From positions 16,408-80,407 of the forward strand of contig DAOUHY010000265.1 in assembly GCA_034428435.1 (NCBI GenBank): a stretch of DNA of 64,000 bases, in the 5' to 3' direction. Positions 52,127 to 62,726 of this stretch are shown here, piece after piece. Made by a program: the position numbers and the translations under genes. The notes under the pieces were generated by a model. That model searched no databases and was not told where the DNA came from. It saw only the letters and a program-made list of their open reading frames with translations. The stretch's first letter is position 1. Every line of letters starts with the position of its first letter. The DNA comes from Caldilineaceae bacterium (lineage in GTDB: Bacteria; Chloroflexota; Anaerolineae; Caldilineales; Caldilineaceae).

Positions 52127-53632
52127 CTAGGGAACAACGGAAAGCAGCTGGACGGAGGCGTTGCTCACCCATTCAAGTACCGCGCTGGGATAGACGCCGA
52201 TCCAGAGCGTGGCGAGAGTACAGATCAGGAGACTGGTCTGTAAAGCCATTGGGACATCGAGAGTCTCGCCTTCACCTTCGCTGGTAAAGAACATCTCCCT
52301 AACTACGCGCAGATAGTAGAAGGCAGCAATGCCGGCATTGATCATACCAATTCCGGCCAGCCAGAAGTACTGACGCTGGATGGCGGCGCCGAAGACATAA
52401 AACTTGCCGAAGAAGCCGCCTGTGAGGGGAATCCCGGTCAGACTGAGCAGGAAGATGGTAAACATTACAGCCAGCCAGGGCGCTCGATTTATAAGACCAC
52501 GGTAGGCGCTGATATGCGTGCTGTCGACCGTCTCCTCCAGCGCCATGACCACGAGAAATGCGCCGACGTTGGTAAACAGATAGGCGAAGAGATAGAGCAG
52601 GACGCCGTTGAGGCCATCCATCGCACTGGGCGAAGAGGAAGTTACGGCAACCAACCCCATCAGGATGTAGCCGGCCTGGGCCACGGAACTGTATGCGATC
52701 ATGCGCTTGACGCTGTTCTGTCGCAGCGCGGCGAGATTGCCCATCGTCATGGTGATGATGCTGAAAGCAGCTAGGACAGGCACCCAGTTAACTTCGAATG
52801 AGGCCATAGCTACGATGAAGAAACGGGCCAGCACCGCGAAGGCCGCGGCCTTTGAGGCGGTGGACAGATAGGTGGCGACAGGCGTGGGTGAGCCGTCGTA
52901 AGTGTCGGGAGCCCACTGGTAGAAGGGCGCCAAACTCGCCTTAAATCCCAATCCAGCCAGAATCAGGAGCATCGCCGGCAGGGCGGCAAATGCCAAGCCG
53001 CTTACATCCGCGGAATCGCCCATCAGCCGGGAGAATTCGGAGGCGATGTCGTGAATGTAGAGGGAACCTGTTGCTCCGTAGAGCAGGCTGATGCCGTACA
53101 GCATTACGGCAGAGGCGATCGACCCGTAGAGGAAGTACTTGAGTCCGGCCTCGTTGCTGCGCCTGTTCTCGCGCAGGAAACCGGCCAGCATGTAGCTGGT
53201 TATCGAAAGGAATTCGATGGCGAGATAGACCAAGACCAGGTTGTTTGCGCTGACGGCAATGCTCATGGCTAGGCTGACCATCAGGAAGAAGGTCCAGAAC
53301 TCACCCTGATTGCCGGAACGGCGGTTCATATAGCGGCCACCGGCGATGGTGGTCAGGATCATGCCGGAGAAGATGGTGACCTTGATGAAGCTGCCGAAGT
53401 TGTCGATCGTCATCATCGAGTAAGCGATCTTCGGTCCTGCTTCCGGATCCGAGATATCAAGTTGAAATACGACGGCAACCAGGGCAGCGGTAAGAAACAG
53501 GGCCGACAACGCCATGTAGCTCAGCCCCGATTTTTTGCCCACGCCGGGATCGTAGGCCAAGTCCAGGCAGAAGATAAACAGGCCGCCGACGAGAAGTATG
53601 ATTTCGGGTGCGATATATCCTAAGTCGCCCAC
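52127..53632 (-). CDS. nuoN: NADH-quinone oxidoreductase subunit N
   Basis: YQWAPDTYDGSPTPV. 14-TM antiporter-like subunit, last gene of the cluster. Confidence 0.94.
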   Translation of the reverse strand: MGDLGYIAPEIILLVGGLFIFCLDLAYDPGVGKKSGLSYMALSALFLTAALVAVVFQLDISDPEAGPKIAYSMMTIDNFGSFIKVTIFSGMILTTIAGGRYMNRRSGNQGEFWTFFLMVSLAMSIAVSANNLVLVYLAIEFLSITSYMLAGFLRENRRSNEAGLKYFLYGSIASAVMLYGISLLYGATGSLYIHDIASEFSRLMGDSADVSGLAFAALPAMLLILAGLGFKASLAPFYQWAPDTYDGSPTPVATYLSTASKAAAFAVLARFFIVAMASFEVNWVPVLAAFSIITMTMGNLAALRQNSVKRMIAYSSVAQAGYILMGLVAVTSSSPSAMDGLNGVLLYLFAYLFTNVGAFLVVMALEETVDSTHISAYRGLINRAPWLAVMFTIFLLSLTGIPLTGGFFGKFYVFGAAIQRQYFWLAGIGMINAGIAAFYYLRVVREMFFTSEGEGETLDVPMALQTSLLICTLATLWIGVYPSAVLEWVSNASVQLLSVVP

Positions 53633-53725
53633 AAATTGCTCTCCATGTGACAGTTCCGGTTGTCGCCGATCTGCTGCCGCAGGGTCAAGCCGACGCTGGC
53701 AGCAAACGCCCGGTCACTGCAGTGT

Positions 53726-55324
53726 TCAGACGAGGTTTTGTACAAAGGCCAGGAGCTCCCGGGCCGACTGATTAAAGTATTTCACCAGTGGCGTCGGGTA
53801 GATTCCGATCAGGAACATCGCCGCGATCAGCGGCCACATTGTCACCTTCTCAAACCCAACCATGTCGGTTGGGCCGTCGGCGTGTTCGCCTTGCACCGTA
53901 GTCCAGTGCGAAAGTTTGCTCGGGTCGTACTCGCCAAGGAAGACACTCTGGATTATGCGATAGAGAATGTAGACGGCGGTGATTACGATGCCGATCGTGC
54001 CGAAGGCGGCCCAGTAGGGCATGATGGCAAAGGCACCGCGGAAGGTGAACAGCTCCGCCCAGAAACCGGCCAAACCGGGAAGCCCCAGACTGGCGAAGGC
54101 GGCCGTCAGCATCAGGCCGTAAAAGTGCGGCGTCTTGGTCGCCAGCCCGCCGAACCTCGACAGGTCGCGTGAATGCGCGCGTTCGTAGATGATGCCGACG
54201 AGGAAGAACAGGGCTCCGGTGATGATGCCGTGGTTGAACATCTGGAGTGCGGCACCGTTTAACGCCATTGCTGCGCTGTCCTGAATGGCCTGTGGGCTGA
54301 GGCCGAAGCGGTTGACCGCGCTCGCGAGGGCGTCGGGGGTCATCACTGCGGCCGCGGCGCCAATCCCCAGCATCACGTAGCCCATGTGACTGACGGAGCT
54401 GTATGCGATCAAGCGCTTGAGGTCGGTCTGGGCCACGCAGACGAATGCGCCGTATACGATAGCGATGGCTCCCAGGCCCACAATCCAGGTTGCCCAGTAG
54501 ACGGAGGCCTCGGGGAAGCTGGGCAACATGATGCGCAGCATACCGTAGGCACCCAACTTCAGCAGGACGCCGGCCAGAATGACGGAGCCGGCGGTCGGCG
54601 CCTCGGTATGGGCGTCGGGAAGCCAGGTGTGGAAGGGGAAGCTGGGCACTTTGAAGGCAAAGCCCAGGAAGAAGCCCCAGAACGCCAAGCTGGCGAGTGT
54701 CAGGTTGCCGGCGAAGGGCTTGGCTGCAGCCGCTTCAACGATGTCGAAGGTGCCTGTTGCGAAGTAGACGCCCAGAATCGCCAGCAGCATCGCCACTGAG
54801 CCCACCAAGGTATAGATAAAGAACTTGGTGGCGGCGTACCCGCGATTCTCGCCGCCCCAGATACCGATGAGAAAATACATCGGCACCAGGCTGATCTCCC
54901 AAAAGACGTAGAAGAGGACGTAGTCCAGGGCCAGGAATACGCCGATCATGCTGAATTCCAGCAGGTGCATCAGGAAGAAGTATTCCTTGACACGTTCGTT
55001 GATAACGCCGGCGCTGTAGTACAGACTCAGTGTGCTAAGCAGCGCAGTGAGGAAGATCAGCGGGACGCTCAGCCCATCGACGCCCAGGTGGTAGCCGGCG
55101 TTGAGCTGCGGAATCCACTTGGCGACCTGCTCAAACTGCATACCTCCCGTGTCGGAGTCGTACTCAAACAGGAGATAGATGCTCAGGCCAAGGGGGAGCA
55201 GACTAGCCCAGATCGAGCCTTTCTTGATCAGGCTGTCGCTGCTGCCAAGTAATATGACCAGGAGCGCTGCCACCAGCGGCCAAAAGAGCAGTATTGTCAG
55301 GACAATTGAATCAAGTGAATCCAT
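53726..55324 (-). CDS. nuoM: NADH-quinone oxidoreductase subunit M
   Basis: HTWLPDAHTEAPTAGS. 532 aa. Confidence 0.95.
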   Translation of the reverse strand: MDSLDSIVLTILLFWPLVAALLVILLGSSDSLIKKGSIWASLLPLGLSIYLLFEYDSDTGGMQFEQVAKWIPQLNAGYHLGVDGLSVPLIFLTALLSTLSLYYSAGVINERVKEYFFLMHLLEFSMIGVFLALDYVLFYVFWEISLVPMYFLIGIWGGENRGYAATKFFIYTLVGSVAMLLAILGVYFATGTFDIVEAAAAKPFAGNLTLASLAFWGFFLGFAFKVPSFPFHTWLPDAHTEAPTAGSVILAGVLLKLGAYGMLRIMLPSFPEASVYWATWIVGLGAIAIVYGAFVCVAQTDLKRLIAYSSVSHMGYVMLGIGAAAAVMTPDALASAVNRFGLSPQAIQDSAAMALNGAALQMFNHGIITGALFFLVGIIYERAHSRDLSRFGGLATKTPHFYGLMLTAAFASLGLPGLAGFWAELFTFRGAFAIMPYWAAFGTIGIVITAVYILYRIIQSVFLGEYDPSKLSHWTTVQGEHADGPTDMVGFEKVTMWPLIAAMFLIGIYPTPLVKYFNQSARELLAFVQNLV

Positions 55325-55417
55325 GAAGCCGTCTCCAAGCAGAGTTTAGGTTAAGGCCAAACAGGCCAGTCAGATACGCTGCCGTTCGAAAGGATGTACT
55401 CGAAGCGGCGCCGCTCC

Positions 55418-57640
55418 TTACACCAGGGTAAGTATCATGGGAAGCACGTTCAGGAATAGCCATACGGCCAGGATCAACATACCGAAAAGCAGATATGTCT
55501 GCACGCGGCCGTCCTGCAACAGGCGGGCAATGTGGCCGGCCTGATCGGAGATCCAGCCGACGCCGTCCACGAAACCGTCAACGACGAATCTGTCGAAGGC
55601 AGCAGAGAGATCGCCGATCCGGATGGCTATCCGACCAACCCCGTTGACGAACCAGTCGATAATCCAATCGCGGTCGAACAGGGCCAGGAACCGGCTCAAC
55701 CACATTGTGAAGATCACGATCGTGCCATTGTACAACTCGTCTATCCAGTACTTGCGATGCCACATCCACCAGATCGGACCGAGGAACCGGGCGACGGGAT
55801 CCGTCTGGCCTTCCTTCAGGCCCTGACCGTAGACCAGGTAGCCGGCTCCGAGGCCGCCGAGCGCGACCACGATCGATACAGCCAACGGTACAAAGTTGAA
55901 ATCCGGATGATGCGGGTACAGGTGCATGTACTTCATGTAAGGTTCAAGGAAGTGCCCGATCCAGTTGGGAACGATGGCGCCCAGAACCGGGAATGCATCG
56001 GGAATGCCGAACCAGCCGCCGGCGATGGCGAAGACGCTGATCAGAATCAGTGGCGTCGTCATGCTGGCGACGCTCTCCGGGGCGTGCGAGGCTCCCTCCG
56101 TGCGCGCCCGGCCCAGGAAGGTCAGACCGATCTGACGCATGGTGTAGAAGGCGGTCAGGAAGGCAGCCAGGGCCAGCGTCCAGAAGACCCACTGATGGTT
56201 GCCGTCCCAGGCAAAGGCCAGGATCTCATCCTTGGACCAGAAGCCTGCGGTGACCAGGGGGAAGCCAGAGAGGGCCAGCCCACCAATAATGAAGGTCCAT
56301 CCTGTTCGGGGCATTCTCGACAGCAGGCCACCCATGTTGCGCATATCCTGCGCATCTTCGGTATCGAGCACGCCGTCGGCGCGGCGGACGATATGTTCAG
56401 CGTGGCTATCGCCATGGTCGTCGTGGGCGTGTTCATGTGCGTGATGGTAGCCGTGTTCCACGCCGTGAATCACGCTGCCCGAACCGAGGAACAGGAGAGC
56501 CTTGAAGAAGGCGTGGGTCAACAGGTGGAAGAGCGCGGCCACATATGCCCCCATGCCGATGGCGGCCACCATGTACCCCAACTGAGAGATCGTGGAGTAT
56601 GCCAGCACCCGCTTGATGTCCCACTGGGCCACGGCAATTGTGGCCGCGAACAGGGCGGTAAAGGCGCCGATGAAGGCGACGAACTGCAGCGTGCCGGCGG
56701 AGACTTCGGGAGAAAAATTGTAGATCGGGAACATCCGAACCAGCAGGAAGACACCGGCTGACACCATCGTCGCAGCATGGATCATGGCGCTGACAGGTGT
56801 GGGCCCTTCCATGGCATCAGGCAACCAGATGTGGAGCGGGAACTGGGCACTCTTGCCAATGGCGCCACAGAAGATGAGCACACCGATGAGCGAAATCCAG
56901 TGCACTTCGCCGAAGAGGGGAATGTTGACCAGTGAATGGGCGAGCTGATCCAGATTTGCTGCGGTGAAGAGCTCGCTGAAGCGAAGGCTACTCGGCTCGC
57001 TGCGGACGTACAGCAGAATCAGGCCGATCATGAGCAGGGCATCGCCGATACGGGTGGTGATGAACGCTTTCACCGCAGCTGCCCGTGCCGAAGCCTTCTC
57101 GTACCAGAAACCGATCAAGAGGTAGCTGCACAGCCCCATCACTTCCCAGAAGACAAAGAACTGGAGCAGATTGTTGGCGACGACCAGCCCGAGCATGCCA
57201 GTCGCGAACAGACAGATGTAGGCCATGAAGCGGCTGTAGCGGGGGTCTTTGCCCTGTGCGTAGGCGGTCGGGTACTGTTCTGCACTGAGATGGTGGGGGA
57301 AACTCATGTAGCCGCTGGAGTAGATAAAGATCATCAACACCAGGAAGGGCACCATGAAGAGCATCAGGGCATTGGCCGGATCCACCGCGTAGCCAATGAC
57401 GAACTCCGTTGCGCCTGTGGGAATAGCGTATATCGCCTCGTCAACCGGATGCTCGCCGAAATGATCACTGAAGAATGAGGCAAAGGCGATCCCCCAGCCC
57501 AGTATGCAGCTGATAAGAGCCGAGCCGATCGCGGTCAGTGCACTGCCCCGCTTGTTTTTGTTCAGAAAGAGCAGGATCGCCAGGAATGCCAGGAAAGGGG
57601 GAATCGGCACAACCCAGGTGACGCTGAATAGTCCTTCCAT
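55418..57640 (-). CDS. nuoL: NADH-quinone oxidoreductase subunit L (long form, 740 aa)
   Basis: [14 protein letters not shown], with a C-terminal lateral-helix region. Confidence 0.95.
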   Translation of the reverse strand: MEGLFSVTWVVPIPPFLAFLAILLFLNKNKRGSALTAIGSALISCILGWGIAFASFFSDHFGEHPVDEAIYAIPTGATEFVIGYAVDPANALMLFMVPFLVLMIFIYSSGYMSFPHHLSAEQYPTAYAQGKDPRYSRFMAYICLFATGMLGLVVANNLLQFFVFWEVMGLCSYLLIGFWYEKASARAAAVKAFITTRIGDALLMIGLILLYVRSEPSSLRFSELFTAANLDQLAHSLVNIPLFGEVHWISLIGVLIFCGAIGKSAQFPLHIWLPDAMEGPTPVSAMIHAATMVSAGVFLLVRMFPIYNFSPEVSAGTLQFVAFIGAFTALFAATIAVAQWDIKRVLAYSTISQLGYMVAAIGMGAYVAALFHLLTHAFFKALLFLGSGSVIHGVEHGYHHAHEHAHDDHGDSHAEHIVRRADGVLDTEDAQDMRNMGGLLSRMPRTGWTFIIGGLALSGFPLVTAGFWSKDEILAFAWDGNHQWVFWTLALAAFLTAFYTMRQIGLTFLGRARTEGASHAPESVASMTTPLILISVFAIAGGWFGIPDAFPVLGAIVPNWIGHFLEPYMKYMHLYPHHPDFNFVPLAVSIVVALGGLGAGYLVYGQGLKEGQTDPVARFLGPIWWMWHRKYWIDELYNGTIVIFTMWLSRFLALFDRDWIIDWFVNGVGRIAIRIGDLSAAFDRFVVDGFVDGVGWISDQAGHIARLLQDGRVQTYLLFGMLILAVWLFLNVLPMILTLV

Positions 57641-57709
57641 AAAAGAGCCTCAGGTAAGAATGGAAACCGGACGGTCTTCCGTAATCAGTTCAGAGTAGCA
57701 ATGCCAAGC

Positions 57710-58087
57710 CTATAACGTCGCCTGACGTCGAATCAGATTGGCGAACAGATACCCGGCAAGGAGACCGGCAAATGCCAGCACGAACAGCCACAGATCGTTA
57801 GGTACTCCGGCCGTCGAGCCGATGCCTGCAAACAGGACCGCCCCGGCAAGGGAGATGATGAGTCGAAACGATTGCGCTTTTTTGTGATGGCGGGCCTTCT
57901 CCAACAGCTGTGCTGCGTCGCCGTAATCCGGCTTATGTCTAACGATCTCTTTAAGTGCATAGACGGCACCCGTATAGTTGCCGTCCTCCATCTTTTCCTG
58001 TGCGAGCTGATAGAGAAAGCTGCACTGTTCTTCAAGTGTTCCCGTCAGCTGCTTCTTGGCCACCTGGTTCCGGTTGTCTCCGCACAC
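57710..58087 (-). CDS. Hypothetical membrane protein inserted between nuoK and nuoL (helical TPR-like head + two TM helices)
   Basis: NYTGAVYALKEIVRHKPDYGDAAQLLEKA followed by LIISLAGAVLFAGIG and LWLFVLAFAGLLAGYLFANLI. The start is uncertain: GTG at 58087, an internal GTG, or ATG. Confidence 0.5.
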   Translation of the reverse strand: MCGDNRNQVAKKQLTGTLEEQCSFLYQLAQEKMEDGNYTGAVYALKEIVRHKPDYGDAAQLLEKARHHKKAQSFRLIISLAGAVLFAGIGSTAGVPNDLWLFVLAFAGLLAGYLFANLIRRQATL

Positions 58088-58126
58088 GACGCCGACGACG
58101 GCGCCATTCTACCCGTTCAGGGTGAC

Positions 58127-58441
58127 TCACCCTGCAAGTATGTCCAACTCGTCAACATCGATAGTGCGCCGCTCTCGGTAGACAGCGATGATAAGCGCCA
58201 GGCCCACGGCGGCCTCGGCTGCTGCGAGGCCGATGATCAACACCGCGAAGACCTGCCCGGTCAGGTCCTCCATAGGACCGACACCATGACGCCAAAAAGC
58301 CACCAGGTTGATGTTGGCAGCGTTGAGCATCAGTTCGATGCCCATGAGCATGGCAATTGCGTTGCGCCGCGCAAGCGCGCCGTACAGGCCGCACGAAAAC
58401 AGGAAAGCGGCGAGCATCAGATACCAGCTGAGCGGAACCAT
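58127..58441 (-). CDS. nuoK: NADH-quinone oxidoreductase subunit K
   Basis: [20 protein letters not shown]. 104 aa. Confidence 0.95.
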   Translation of the reverse strand: MVPLSWYLMLAAFLFSCGLYGALARRNAIAMLMGIELMLNAANINLVAFWRHGVGPMEDLTGQVFAVLIIGLAAAEAAVGLALIIAVYRERRTIDVDELDILAG

Positions 58442-58519
58442 AGATCAACCCCAAACAGATGCAGTGGCAAGAAACCGGTCATGTTTCAATGCAGGAACCG
58501 ATTTCGTTGAGCAGGAGAC

Positions 58520-59050
58520 CTAGCGATCGCGCGCCAACAGGACGGCACCGACCAAAGCCACAAGCAGCAGCAGCCCCAGAACTTCAAAGGCAATTACGTA
58601 GGTCGTTACGAACTCTCTTCCCAGCGCGCCAATCAGGGCTTCGTCGGCAACGACTTCTTCGCCAGCGGCCGGCCACGGCGTTGCCCGTGCAAAGGCAAGC
58701 AGTGCGACAAAAAAGAGAAAAGCAAACAGTGACGACTTTCCCCACTGATTGTTTAAAGGAGAGGTGCTTCCGTACATCATGCTGCGCGTGAGCATGATGG
58801 CAAACGCGATCAACATAGCGATCGCGCCGACGTACACAAGTATCTGGCTGACCGCCAGAAATTCGGCTTCCAGAAAGACGTAGACTCCGGCGACGCCGAA
58901 GAAAGTCAGCGTCAGGGCCAAAGCGCTGTGAAAGAGGTTGCGGCTGATGACAACGGCCAGACCGGCCACGGCTGTGAGCAAAGCCACCTGGATGAACACG
59001 AACTGTTCAGATGTTGGAATCGGTACCTCAATGCCCAGCGGTAACTGCAT
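58520..59050 (-). CDS. nuoJ: NADH-quinone oxidoreductase subunit J
   Basis: RNLFHSALALTLTFFGVAGVY...QILVYVGAIAMLIAFAIML. The ATG at 59050 is preferred; the GTG at 59119 is possible. Confidence 0.88.
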   Translation of the reverse strand: MQLPLGIEVPIPTSEQFVFIQVALLTAVAGLAVVISRNLFHSALALTLTFFGVAGVYVFLEAEFLAVSQILVYVGAIAMLIAFAIMLTRSMMYGSTSPLNNQWGKSSLFAFLFFVALLAFARATPWPAAGEEVVADEALIGALGREFVTTYVIAFEVLGLLLLVALVGAVLLARDR

Positions 59051-59148
59051 GGGTATCCCTGCCTTCGTGGTGGGAAATGACTTGACGAATGTCAGTGCCC
59101 CAGAACTGTGGCGAAGCACTGTTCTTTCTGAATCTCGTCAGAAAAGAC

Positions 59149-60390
<1,242 letters not shown>

Positions 60391-60475
60391 AGCTCTTCCT
60401 CCAAACAGGCAGCTGAGAAATTAAGGCCGTTGGGGTCCGCAATCTGAAAAGAAAAGGGCGGCATGAAGACCGGGC

Positions 60476-60832
60476 CTACTGCCACTCCAGGGCGCCCTTG
60501 CGCCAGTCGTACATGAGTCCAATCACGAGCAGGAGAACAAAGAAGATTGTCGCGAACACTGCAAACATTTCCAATTGCTGGTATGCAACCGCAATTGGAA
60601 AAAGGAACAGGGCTTCAACATCGAACACGACGAAGACCAACCCAATCAGGTAGTACTGAGCTCGGAATTGCACCCAAGTCTCGCCAATGGTTTCGACGCC
60701 GCTCTCGTATATATCGTTCTTGATCTCATCGGGCCGGCGGGGACCAAGGAAGTTGCCCAGCACAATGGCGGCGAGAGGCAAAACGACCGCCAAGCCGGAC
60801 ATAACCAGTATGAAGAAATATTGACTGAGCAT
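60476..60832 (-). CDS. nuoA: NADH-quinone oxidoreductase subunit A (copy 1)
   Basis: 118 aa from MLSQYFFILV. YESGVETIG, FDVEALFLFP and C-terminal YDWRKGALEW. The track ORF over-extends to 60922. Confidence 0.9.
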   Translation of the reverse strand: MLSQYFFILVMSGLAVVLPLAAIVLGNFLGPRRPDEIKNDIYESGVETIGETWVQFRAQYYLIGLVFVVFDVEALFLFPIAVAYQQLEMFAVFATIFFVLLLVIGLMYDWRKGALEWQ

Positions 60833-61041
60833 TGCCGAAAATCCGTTTGTGTGGAATTTAACAAACTCCCGCGAAAGTATAGCATAGCGATTTCTGATAG
60901 CGAAAGTTCGTACCCTTCGCAAACGCGTTCAAAGTGGAGGCGATGACTACATATTCGAGGGATTCGATAGGATAGGGGCGGGGCTGCTGAAAAGATCCTT
61001 CGATGCGACCCGTCAGCATGCTTGTTGAAGTCAATCGATAC

Positions 61042-61499
61042 GGGTGCATCCCAGATTTGGGGTGGGAACAGTCTGGCAGGGAATCAGTGCCAGCGGTGGC
61101 CGGGGTTGTTTGCCGTCTTTGGGCGAGGCGCAGTGCAGGCGCCAGCCCTGGCCGTACGATGGCGTCCGTCAGTTGGGGCGGGTGCGAGGGCAGGCACCTA
61201 CGGGGAATTGATAGGGACGGCGGAACGTGGTCTGGCGAAGCCCGGTCGAACAGGCACTTATCGCCAATGTCGACACCCGGTCGATAAGGCATGTTGTAGG
61301 AGAGGGGGCGTTGCGGGGGCGGAGCCCCCGCACAAGGGAGGGCCGAATAGGCCCGACCGCCCAGAACTGCAGCAGTTAGTAGTCAGTAGTTAGTGGTCAG
61401 AGACGGCGCTCATTCTGGCGGAAACTGGAATGGGAACTGACCATGGGTTGGGTGCCTCCAGAGATATACGAAAGTTCGCCCCAATATTGGGATGCAGAC
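61042..61499 (+). mobile_element. MITE-like non-autonomous element, copy C
   Basis: Same family. The 5' end is GGGTGCATCCCAGATTTGGGG and the 3' end is CCCCAATATTGGGATGCA(GAC). It is flanked by ATCGATAC at 61034-61041 and 61500-61507. The core at 61291-61363 differs from A and B at one loop position. Confidence 0.65.
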
Positions 61500-61516
61500 A
61501 TCGATACCGACGGGCT

Positions 61517-61546
61517 TTGACAGGAGATTTTGGTTCGTGCTAGAAT
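61517..61546 (+). promoter_or_regulatory. Predicted sigma70-like promoter (TTGACA-18-TAGAAT)
   Basis: Hexamers at 61517-61522 and 61541-61546. The -35 box starts after a 17-nt gap from the MITE copy C end, about 70 nt upstream of the plus-strand nuoA. Confidence 0.45.
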
Positions 61547-61617
61547 GAATGCGTTCGTGGAAAATTGCACGAACAGTTCCCCGAGCCTTTCAGTTACGCT
61601 GAAAAGGAATAACAGGG

Positions 61618-61974
61618 ATGGCAAGCGACTATCTGCCACTTCTCATACTGATCCTGCTGGCGGCCGGATTCGGCGTAATTGCCATAGGTCTGCCTTCACT
61701 GTTAGGTCCACGAGAGCGCAACAGTCAGAAGTTGGAGCCATACGAATCGGGGATCATCCCCTTTGCCGACGCCCGTCGACGATTCCCGGTGAAATACTAT
61801 CTGGTTGCCATGCTCTTTCTGATCTTCGACATCGAAGTAATCTTCCTCTACCCGTGGGCGGCCGTCTTGAGAGACCTTCGCCTGTTTGCCCTATTGGCGA
61901 TGATTCCCTTTTTCATTGTACTCGTGGTAGGTTTCCTCTATGAATGGAAGAAGGGCGCTCTCGATTGGGACTAG
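61618..61974 (+). CDS. nuoA: NADH-quinone oxidoreductase subunit A (copy 2)
   Basis: YESGIIPF, FDIEVIFLYPW and YEWKKGALDW. It is only distantly similar to copy 1. Confidence 0.92.
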   Translation: MASDYLPLLILILLAAGFGVIAIGLPSLLGPRERNSQKLEPYESGIIPFADARRRFPVKYYLVAMLFLIFDIEVIFLYPWAAVLRDLRLFALLAMIPFFIVLVVGFLYEWKKGALDWD

Positions 61975-62123
61975 TGACCGAGGGATGTGGCCGCTGCGTA
62001 CAGCTCTTACCAGGGTATTGACAACTTACTATTGTAGACGGAAGCTGGAAGGCCGAGAGAGCAGGAAGCCAGCAGCTGCCGCGTCTGACCGGGCTGCATT
62101 GCGGTAAGTGCAAAGGAACGGAC

Positions 62124-62651
62124 ATGGGTTTAGAAGAAAAGGTTCCTGAAGGCATTCTAACGACGTCAGTGGACAGCGTGATAAATTGGGGAAGGGCCAA
62201 TAGCACGTGGCCGCTGCTCTTCGGGCTGGCCTGTTGCGCGATGGAAATGATCGCCACAGGCACGGCGCGCCACGACATTGCCCGGTACGGGTCGTAGCTC
62301 TTCCGGGCCAGCCCGCGGCAAGCCGATCTCATGATTGTCTCGGGTCGCGTCAGCAACAAGATGGCGCCGGTGATTAAACGCATTTACGATCAGATGCTGG
62401 CCCCCAAGTGGGTAATTGCCATGGGAATCTGCGCCAGTGCGGGCGGGCCGTTCAACAACTATGCAATCATCCAGGGCGTGGACAAGATAATTCCCGTCGA
62501 CGTATATGTGCCAGGCTGCCCGCCCCGGCCCGAGTCACTGCTCTACGCAATGGATCTGCTGCGTGCGAAACAGCGGCGCGAATCGGTTGGGGAATGGCGC
62601 AAGGTCGAGGAGCCGTTAGCAGTTGACGAGATTATGCCGTTGGGTGTTTGA
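62124..62651 (+). pseudogene. nuoB: NADH-quinone oxidoreductase subunit B interrupted by an in-frame TAG (62295-62297)
   Basis: The ATG at 62124 (AAGGA RBS) gives [57 protein letters not shown][22 protein letters not shown]...VPGCPPRPE. The stop replaces the Glu of the conserved FG(S/A)E motif. The track only shows the distal ORF 62331-62651. Confidence 0.8.
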
Positions 62652-62726
62652 CCCACCAGTCCTTCAGAGTGCACACGGTCCAGTTTACTTCCGGGCCGAC
62701 AGGTAGAATTGAGAGCGAGTTGAGAG

